From an uncultured delta proteobacterium (GTDB lineage Bacteria > Desulfobacterota > Desulfobacteria > Desulfobacterales > JAHEIW01): DNA of 64,000 bases. Shown piece by piece: positions 1 to 9,223 of the stretch (positions are counted from its first letter, which is position 1; every line of letters begins with the position of its first letter). Location: positions 192,001-256,000 of the forward strand of contig CAVPNL010000015.1 in NCBI GenBank assembly GCA_963706575.1, written 5' to 3'. A program made the translations under genes and the position numbers. The notes under the pieces were generated by a model that saw only the letters and a program-made list of their open reading frames with translations, did not search any database and was not told the DNA's origin.

Positions 1-870
1 TTTATCCACATAGCATTCCACTGCCTGCTCTCCGGCAATAATGAGCGTCAGGGGGCATTCGGGGGTCGCGCACATGGAACCCGCAAAAACCTCATAGCAT
101 TTTCTTCCGACGGCATCCGCCTCGTTTACACTGGTCATGTTCGCAAAGGTCCTGTTAATTTTGAGAACATTAAAATCACGGTCGACCACCCGCATACCCA
201 CCGAAGCGGTCTGAAAAATCTGATCCAGTTCGGCATGGGCCAGCTGCAGGTCCTGTTCCATTTTTTTGCGGTCGCTCAGGTCAAAAAACGCCTCCAGCAG
301 ATGGTCTTTTCCGTTATATTTAACATGCGTCACGCTTTTAAGTATAGGCAGATTTTCGCCTTCGGCGGTCAGCAGTAATCGCTCCGATTGGTCGATGGTC
401 TTCCCAAGGTCCAGCACCGGGCAGCTGCCTTTGTCGGCCGGGCACAGGTGTTTGTGGCAGACATGGCCTTCAATGGACTGCTTGGTGGAACCGATCATCT
501 TAAGGGCGTTGGTGTTAACCCAGCTGACCTTTCGATTCTGCGAATCGACGAGCATTATCCCGGCGGGGTTGTTTTCCAGGATCTCGCTGAGCTCCTTTTC
601 ACGTTCGTGCAACTCGGCTTCAGCCCGCCGGCGCATGCTGATGCTGTACTGGGCGTAGATGCTGAAGACGATCAGAAGGGTGACCACCAGAACGCGCTTC
701 CAGGTTTCATGCAGGTCGGGATTCAGTATTTGGGAAACGAGGTTGCCTTCCTGAAAAAAAATGACATGGATCCAGGATTCGAGAAACCAGTAGAACAAAC
801 CCAGGCCGATGCCGATCCATATAAAATTTTGGGTCGATACCAAGGGGGTTGATTTAGCGGGGTAATGCAT
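1..870 (-). CDS. Membrane-anchored multi-PAS sensor protein (runs off the window start; output domain not visible)
   Basis: Not in the ORF track. Manual translation from ATG 870 (SD AGGAGG at 877-882) is open to base 1: MHYPAKST..., two hydrophobic helices, then two PAS repeats (ILENNPAGIMLVD..., IFQTASVGMRVVD...) each with a Cys cluster. Confidence 0.85.
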   Translation of the reverse strand, partial: MHYPAKSTPLVSTQNFIWIGIGLGLFYWFLESWIHVIFFQEGNLVSQILNPDLHETWKRVLVVTLLIVFSIYAQYSISMRRRAEAELHEREKELSEILENNPAGIMLVDSQNRKVSWVNTNALKMIGSTKQSIEGHVCHKHLCPADKGSCPVLDLGKTIDQSERLLLTAEGENLPILKSVTHVKYNGKDHLLEAFFDLSDRKKMEQDLQLAHAELDQIFQTASVGMRVVDRDFNVLKINRTFANMTSVNEADAVGRKCYEVFAGSMCATPECPLTLIIAGEQAVECYVDK

Positions 871-1193
871 TTTTACCCTCCTGATTGGCGACGGAATTCG
901 GCGCATTTTATTTTAAGCCGACCCCGAGCCGGCTTCTTCTATCTTGGAGCATCTCTAGAAAACAGGGAAAGGTCAGCGACTGAATGCATTGTTCCGTTCA
1001 ACAACGTCAACCATTACGTGGCGGGCACAGAATCATCTGCTTTATCGTTGCCAAACTACGTCAAACGACGCTGGCGTGTCAAGCCTAAACGCGTGTGATT
1101 CCGGAAGCTTAAATATTAACGATCTCAGAATTCAAAGATAAACGGTGGAATCCCCCCTTGCAGTAAGCGGCAAGTGCTTGATCCAATACCTAA

Positions 1194-1208
1194 CCAAAAA
1201 GCATGCCA
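1194..1208 (-). promoter_or_regulatory. Candidate sigma54 promoter (non-consensus -12)
   Basis: Minus strand TGGCATGCTTTTTGG = GG-N10-GG, facing the PAS sensor gene. Confidence 0.4.
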
Positions 1209-1319
1209 CCGGTCGCCGGCGGTGTTGGTCTTGATGTCGAGTAAGTATTTTTTATAATGATTTTAATAATTTATTGTTTTATTGCATTGGGGAAGACAAC
1301 CGGGACCTATCGCCGGAAG

Positions 1320-1367
1320 TGTGTCATGGCACAAAGTGTGACGACATACTGTGTGTCATGACACACA
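1320..1367. promoter_or_regulatory. Pair of palindromic operator/UAS sites
   Basis: TGTGTCATGGCACA (1320-1333) and perfect 18-bp palindrome TGTGTGTCATGACACACA (1350-1367), centres 32 bp apart. Confidence 0.6.
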
Positions 1368-1925
1368 ATGTGCATTCTTCGGGTGACATTGACAAAAAGC
1401 TGAAACGTGGGCAATACAAAAGGGGAACAATTGAAGACCTCGGTGTATCCGATCGGTTTGATCCGGCCACCGGCCTTTTTCCTGGTATAAATACAATCAA
1501 TTTAACATGTTATTTTTGTGGATAAGCATCACAAATCCAGAAAAAGTGAGAAATAGCGATTAAGGACATGCCCAATTTGGATACTTGCATATTTTTGTGG
1601 ACTTGCACTTGCAATATGCAGTTGGTCACTGGCCGGACTATGGTCGGAAGTGCTCTATTGTATAATACGGATATTGACCGAGGACTATTGGCAAAAGTTT
1701 TTAGCGAAGTAGAGAGGATACCGCCAGTATCTTTGAGAACCTCTCGAACCAAGGATAATGCAAGTATTCGTAACTTTTCGATTCGTCTAAAAAAGGCTAC
1801 TGGCAGATGAAGTCATGGGTACAGTTAAAAATTTTACGACCCAACAATCATACCATTATTGAACAGATTAAAATTGATACAAATTAACCAATGAAGTTAT
1901 CATCTGTGAACGATTGAAATAGGAG

Positions 1926-1967
1926 TTGACTGAAAAGAAACTTAATGTTAATAGAAAATGATTATTA
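1926..1967 (+). promoter_or_regulatory. perR promoter region with Fur/PerR-type 7-1-7 box
   Basis: TTGACT at 1926-1931; AGAAAATGATTATTA at 1953-1967 resembles TGATAAT-N-ATTATCA, just upstream of the start. Confidence 0.5.
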
Positions 1968-1988
1968 TTTAGGATAAAGAGGCTTCAG

Positions 1989-2432
1989 TTGGCAGACCAT
2001 AAAAAAAGATTTGAAATCATCATCCAAAAATTAAGGGATAATGGCCACAGGATAACGCCTCAGCGGCTGGCTATCGTTAAAATTCTTGCCAAAAGTGAAG
2101 GCCATCCCAGTGTTGAAAATATCCATGTCCAGATAAAAAAAGACTTTCCGACAATGAGTCTTGCCACTGTATACAAAAATATTGTATTAATTAAATCAGT
2201 TGGTGAAGTTCTTGAGTTAGGGTTCCCGGATGGGAGCAACCGATATGATGGAAACAGGCCTAACCCCCATCCACACGTCGTCTGTATCAGGTGCAAAAAA
2301 ATTGTCGACCCAGATCTGGATAACCTGGATGAAATGGAAAAAGAGGTCGCATTAGAGACTAATTTTAAAATTCTGAATCATAGGTTGGACTTTTTCGGTA
2401 TATGCAGCAATTGTATGGCAGAGCAAGTTTAA
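1989..2432 (+). CDS. perR: Fur-family peroxide-responsive repressor
   Basis: RITPQR, HPS, SLATVY, RYD..HPHVVCIRC and C-terminal CxxC; directly upstream of katG; TTG start. Confidence 0.85.
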   Translation: MADHKKRFEIIIQKLRDNGHRITPQRLAIVKILAKSEGHPSVENIHVQIKKDFPTMSLATVYKNIVLIKSVGEVLELGFPDGSNRYDGNRPNPHPHVVCIRCKKIVDPDLDNLDEMEKEVALETNFKILNHRLDFFGICSNCMAEQV

Positions 2433-2549
2433 TACAGATTTTGCGCTCAAAAAATGGTGCGATGTTGTTCTAACGATCCTTCAAGTCCGCTAAAGTTAAT
2501 TAGATAGATGGGCACCGACGCACGATATTCATAGCAGCACGGTGCCTAA

Positions 2550-4787
<2,238 letters not shown>

Positions 4788-4915
4788 TCGTAGCAAAAAC
4801 GTCTTCGAGGGCTCCTGAAGCGTATTCTGAACTGTAAACCGGATGATCAGGAAGCGATAACCGCCACGAATTGACGGATGTTTTGAACATACACGGAGGC
4901 TACTAACAACATATA

Positions 4916-4957
4916 AGGGCGGCGTTTCAATACAATCTGAAACGCCGCCCTCTCTTT
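4916..4957 (+). terminator. Intrinsic terminator after katG
   Basis: 14-bp stem AGGGCGGCGTTTCA / TGAAACGCCGCCCT with 8-nt loop, followed by CTCTTT. Confidence 0.75.
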
Positions 4958-4999
4958 AGTCCCTTACAGTCTGCCGGTCACATAATCGGAGCCAAAAAC

Positions 5000-5067
5000 A
5001 CATAACAAGCGCCTCAAGGGTGACACCTTCCGCGCTGCTCAAGGCGCGCCTTAGGCGAGCGTTCAAG
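5000..5067 (+). mobile_element. Solitary integron attC-like site
   Basis: ACATAAC-AAGCG-CCTCAAG ... CTTAGG-CGAGC-GTTCAAG: R/L box geometry with 5-nt spacers and an unpaired extra C in the left L box. Confidence 0.65.
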
Positions 5068-5176
5068 GATTATTATCCTAAGCGCAAACTCTTGACACTT
5101 TGAAAAATTCAAGGATACCAGATGCTATACTTAACTTGCCCCGGTTGGAAATTGAGTTTAAGATTTTAGCCTGGAT

Positions 5177-5338
5177 CTATCGGATGCGAAGCGTGAATTG
5201 TTGAAAATACCACTCTTTTTCTGATTGTATGGCCATACCATATATTGAGGTGCTGGTCTGGCTTTGTTGGACAAAATCAGGAAGGGTAAAATTTTCTTCG
5301 GCCCAAGGGTCTTGATATCGAAAATCCAAAAGGATCAT
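5177..5338 (-). CDS. Small hypothetical protein (53 aa)
   Basis: Below the track cutoff; SD AGGAGG at 5345-5350; MILLDFRYQDPWAEENFTLPDFVQQSQTSTSIYGMAIQSEKEWYFQQFTLRIR. Confidence 0.4.
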   Translation of the reverse strand: MILLDFRYQDPWAEENFTLPDFVQQSQTSTSIYGMAIQSEKEWYFQQFTLRIR

Positions 5339-5514
5339 TTTCTGCCTCCTTTTCTGTTTTAATAGAAATATCAGGCAGATAATGACCCTTTCTACCTCTA
5401 AGAGTCAATCATCATTTTGTTACGGGTACTGGCTATGCTTCCACAATAGCTATATTTTATAGATAGCTTACCAAAATCTAAAATAAATTGCCTATTAGAA
5501 TCTCCTGTAGATCG

Positions 5515-5811
5515 CTATTTTAATTTTTCTTTGACCGACGCCACTTTGCTTTTCAGGCGGCCGGAAGGCCCTTTACGATAGTCGGCTTTCAACGACAGGT
5601 TTATCCGGCCACTGTCTTTCTGCATCTCCTGAAAACATCGATCCACCAGGGCCATCACCTCGCTCCATTCGCCTTCCACACAGGTCCCCATGGGATTGAG
5701 CTCGTAAGGCAAACCGCTAGCTTGAATCGTTTTAAGCGCCCGGGCGACATACGGGCTCAGGCTTTCACCTTTGTCCATCGGAAAAATTGAAAACTCAACA
5801 ATTACGCTCAT
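5515..5811 (-). CDS. MTH1187/YkoF-like thiamine-binding family protein (DUF77)
   Basis: EFSIFPM..ESLSPYVA..SGLPYELNPMGTCVEGEW; start moved to 5811 by SD GGAGG. Confidence 0.9.
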   Translation of the reverse strand: MSVIVEFSIFPMDKGESLSPYVARALKTIQASGLPYELNPMGTCVEGEWSEVMALVDRCFQEMQKDSGRINLSLKADYRKGPSGRLKSKVASVKEKLK

Positions 5812-5898
5812 GGGAACCTCCCTCATATCGAATTATGAATTTACGGGTTTAATTTGTCCTTATAGAGCTAGAAGTACACAGTGGTCAAAATCCGGTTC

Positions 5899-6001
5899 GT
5901 TATTTGTTAATCGCTATTCGTTATTGGTATTGACAGGTATGAAACTAAAACAAATGACAACAACGCCGCACTCTAATTACAGATAACTAATAACCAATAA
6001 C
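5899..6001. repeat. Inverted array of 7-bp tandem repeats (GTTATTN / NAATAAC)
   Basis: gttattt gttaatc gctattc gttattg gtatt ... aattac agataac taataac caataac. Confidence 0.75.
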
Positions 6002-6076
6002 TGTTTCTGAAAACCGCCTCAGTTCACTCATGAAAAAGGTAATTCAAAAGTACAGAACCCCGGTCATCTCCAATAT

Positions 6077-6105
6077 TTGACAGGCTCTGCTTATTTCTTT
6101 ATACT
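6077..6105 (+). promoter_or_regulatory. sigma70 promoter of the aminopeptidase gene
   Basis: TTGACA-N17-TATACT. Confidence 0.7.
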
Positions 6106-6184
6106 TCTCACCTTTTTAAAAATACATTTTACGTCAGCTGTCAATAATATCTCTTTTCCAATCACTGGCCTCGAGGAGGAAACC

Positions 6185-8668
6185 ATGGAGCAGGTCGCAT
6201 CTAAAAACTACCGGATACATTTGATTCCCGATATGACGAATTTTACGTTCGCCGGCAAGGTAACGCTTCTGGTTGACGCCCCCGCTGCTATTGAAGCACT
6301 GGGTTTAAACATCCTCGATCTTGCTATTTTAAGCTGTGCCGTCGAACAAAATCACGATTGGGTTGAATGTGCATTCGAAACGGATGTTGAAAAAGAAGAA
6401 TTGCAGATTTTGCTTCCTCATCAAATGCAAGGGGCCATCCGGATAGAGATTCGCTATGAGGGTCAAATTAACGACAAAATGGCCGGTTTTTATCGGAGTC
6501 AATATACCCATTCGGGCAAAACCCAATATATCGCAGTAACCCAATTTGAGGAAAGTGATGCCAGAAAAGCGTTTCCTTGCATGGACCACCCCGCCAAAAA
6601 GGCGACCTTCGATATCATCATGGACATTGACCGGGATCTGGTGGCAATTTCCAATGGTGCCATCGCCCAGGAAACTTTACTGGATAACGGAAAAAAGCGG
6701 GTAACCTTCGAACAGACTCCTAAAATGTCCACTTATTTGGTGTTTTTCGGGATCGGTGAGTTTGAATTTACCGTGGACAAAGAAGACCCGCGGGTTCGGG
6801 TGGCCACCTTGCCCGGAATGAAGCCTTACGCAACGTTTGGCCTGGAGTTTGGTCGCAAATCCCTGGCATTCAGCGAGGATTACTACGGCATCCCCTACCC
6901 GCTTCCCAAAATGGATCTGATTGCGATACCTGATTTTGCCTTCGGGGCCATGGAAAACTGGGGGGCGATTACCTTTCGTGAAAATTTGCTGCTGCATTAT
7001 CCGCAGATTACCTCTAAATCCGGCGAAGAACGCATATGTGAAGTCATCGCCCACGAGATTGCCCATCAGTGGTTCGGCAATCTGGTGACCCCTGCGGACT
7101 GGAAATATTTGTGGTTAAATGAAAGTTTTGCCACCTATTTCGGCAATGGCGTTGTTGCTTATTATTATCCGCAGTGGGAAACCTGGCAGCAGTTTTTATG
7201 GGTAAATACCGGCAGTGCCATGGCGCGGGATGCGCTGTTGGAAAATTTCGCCATTGAGATCCCGGGAGGCGAGCATGTGATTATCAATGTCAGCACGGCT
7301 CCGATTATTTACAGCAAGGGCGGCAGCATATTGCGGCAAATCGAAGGCTATATCGGCTCGGAAAATTTTAAGCAAGGTTTGCGACAATACCTCAAAACCT
7401 ATGAATATGCCACCGCCACCAGTGAGGATCTTTGGAATTCTTTAGAAAAAGTGTCCGAGCAGCCCATCGGCATCATGATGAAAAGCTGGATCGAGCAGCC
7501 GGGATTTCCCATGATCTCGGTCGAACAGAAGGGCAACAAGCTGCAATTGACCCAGCAGCGTTTTAGCTATCTACCGGCTGATTCCGACCAGATTTGGCAG
7601 GTGCCCGTCACCGTTCGGTTTTTTTCAGGCGCCGCAGAGACTGAGCGGCTGACATTTTTGATGAACAGCGCCCAGCATGAAATTGAACTCCCAAACCAAG
7701 CGGACGCCTATAAACTCAATGACCAACAAACCGGTTTTTATATCGTTCGTTACCAGGACACCGAAAATCTGGCAGCCCTCGGCCAACGGGTCGGTGATCA
7801 ATCGCTGGCACCCGAAGACCGCTGGGGCCTGCAAAACGATCTTTTTTCACTGTGCAAACGCGGCGACGTCCCGTTCAGTGAATATCTGGATTTTCTGGCC
7901 TTTTACCAGGATGAAAATGCATTTTTACCGCTGGTCAGTATTTCAAACAACCTGCAGCATGCCTACCTGGTGCTCGACGCTGAGAAGAAAGAAAAAATAT
8001 CGTCGCTCGTTCGCCCCTGGTTTGAAAAAGTACTTAAACATATCGGATTCGAACCGGGGCCTGATGAAAAACATACCAACGCTATCCTCAGGGAACAGTT
8101 GCTCTGGCATGCGGCACTGAGCGGCTCCCAAAGTGCAATTGAGTTTGCCGGCGTTCAGTTTGCAGAGTGGATGCAGGATAAACCAGTGCATCCGGATATC
8201 GTCAAAAGCGTCCTGCAGATCGCAGCATTGGGCGGCGATCAACAGACCTTTGCGTGGCTCGATCAGCGTTTTCAGTCATCGCAGATCGAACACGAACGTA
8301 TGAATATACTGGTGGCGCTGGGCTGCTTTAAAGAAAAGGTTTCGCTTCAAAACGCCCTGCAATACATTCTGGATACGGTACCGGCCCGCAATAAATTTGT
8401 GCCGGTTGTAGCGATGGCGTCCAATCCGTACGCCGTCCCCCTGCTGTGGGAATGGTATGTGTCAAATCTGGAGCAAGTCGAGCAATTTCACCCGATGTTT
8501 TATGAAAGAGTTGTCGCGGCGATTGTCCCCGTAGCCGGAATGGATAATCCAAAAGCGGTAAACAAATTTTTTGAAGATTACATGCAAAAGACCGACACCG
8601 CCAAAGATGTGATCAAACTGTCCCTGGAAAGATTAGAGATAAACCTGCGCATGCGCGCTGCTAATTAG
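6185..8668 (+). CDS. M1-family zinc aminopeptidase with ERAP1-like C-terminal domain
   Basis: GAMEN motif and HEIAH-x18-E; start reassigned to ATG 6185 (SD GAGGAGG). Confidence 0.93.
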   Translation: MEQVASKNYRIHLIPDMTNFTFAGKVTLLVDAPAAIEALGLNILDLAILSCAVEQNHDWVECAFETDVEKEELQILLPHQMQGAIRIEIRYEGQINDKMAGFYRSQYTHSGKTQYIAVTQFEESDARKAFPCMDHPAKKATFDIIMDIDRDLVAISNGAIAQETLLDNGKKRVTFEQTPKMSTYLVFFGIGEFEFTVDKEDPRVRVATLPGMKPYATFGLEFGRKSLAFSEDYYGIPYPLPKMDLIAIPDFAFGAMENWGAITFRENLLLHYPQITSKSGEERICEVIAHEIAHQWFGNLVTPADWKYLWLNESFATYFGNGVVAYYYPQWETWQQFLWVNTGSAMARDALLENFAIEIPGGEHVIINVSTAPIIYSKGGSILRQIEGYIGSENFKQGLRQYLKTYEYATATSEDLWNSLEKVSEQPIGIMMKSWIEQPGFPMISVEQKGNKLQLTQQRFSYLPADSDQIWQVPVTVRFFSGAAETERLTFLMNSAQHEIELPNQADAYKLNDQQTGFYIVRYQDTENLAALGQRVGDQSLAPEDRWGLQNDLFSLCKRGDVPFSEYLDFLAFYQDENAFLPLVSISNNLQHAYLVLDAEKKEKISSLVRPWFEKVLKHIGFEPGPDEKHTNAILREQLLWHAALSGSQSAIEFAGVQFAEWMQDKPVHPDIVKSVLQIAALGGDQQTFAWLDQRFQSSQIEHERMNILVALGCFKEKVSLQNALQYILDTVPARNKFVPVVAMASNPYAVPLLWEWYVSNLEQVEQFHPMFYERVVAAIVPVAGMDNPKAVNKFFEDYMQKTDTAKDVIKLSLERLEINLRMRAAN

Positions 8669-8830
8669 GATAGCATTTTAATTAACCGCAGACGCACGCA
8701 GACACACGCAGATTTTTTTTCCTTGGCCGACCTCCGCGATAAGGCTTTGCCTTCCTCGGGAGAATCTGCCAACCGAAGATACCATAATAAATATTAATAT
8801 CAAATATTTAAGCAGTCGTGCAGTTTTCCC

Positions 8831-8899
8831 GTCATGCCCGCGTCAGGCGGGCATCCAATCTTTATCCCTGCGCAGAGCCTGCCCCCATGAAGATGGGGG
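8831..8899. repeat. REP-like palindromes
   Basis: GTCATGCCCGCGTCAGGCGGGCATCCA and CCCCCATGAAGATGGGGG hairpins. Confidence 0.5.
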
Positions 8900-9071
8900 G
8901 ATCAAAACTTAAAAAAAATGGGTATATATCCAATGGGGTGTATCGAACCGTAAAATAAAGTGTTCACCCCATTAACAGGCGGGTTCTTTTATATTAAAGA
9001 ATTTATAAGCGATATGAATTTGCAGAGAACTTAAATGCTCAGATCTTAAGCCGGGTAAATCTCATACAAGC

Positions 9072-9125
9072 TTGACAAGCAGAGCTCAATTTTCCTATAA
9101 AAGCAATCTTAGGAACCATTCCGAA
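9072..9125 (+). promoter_or_regulatory. sigma70 promoter of the act-cco operon with downstream inverted-repeat operator
   Basis: TTGACA (9072)-N18-TATAAA (9096); TTAGGAA-CCA-TTCCGAA at 9109-9125. Confidence 0.6.
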
Positions 9126-9223
9126 TTAGGGACTGCATCCCGCATGAATGATTAATGCTTTCGGGATTATCAAAGTAAAAGTCATTTTTTCACCAACCGA
9201 TCCTTCTTTTTCTGCTCCAGGAG

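Noticed and set aside
266..1098. Plus-strand ORFs 266-658, 388-852 and 865-1098
   Set aside because: The first two are shadows of the minus-strand PAS gene; the third has no SD or motif.
1274..1810. Short ORFs upstream of perR
   Set aside because: No recognisable motifs, and they overlap regulatory sequence; they could be decayed DNA but are unsupported.
6077..6184. N-terminal extension of the aminopeptidase as a signal peptide
   Set aside because: The TTG is the -35 box; a strong SD supports 6185.
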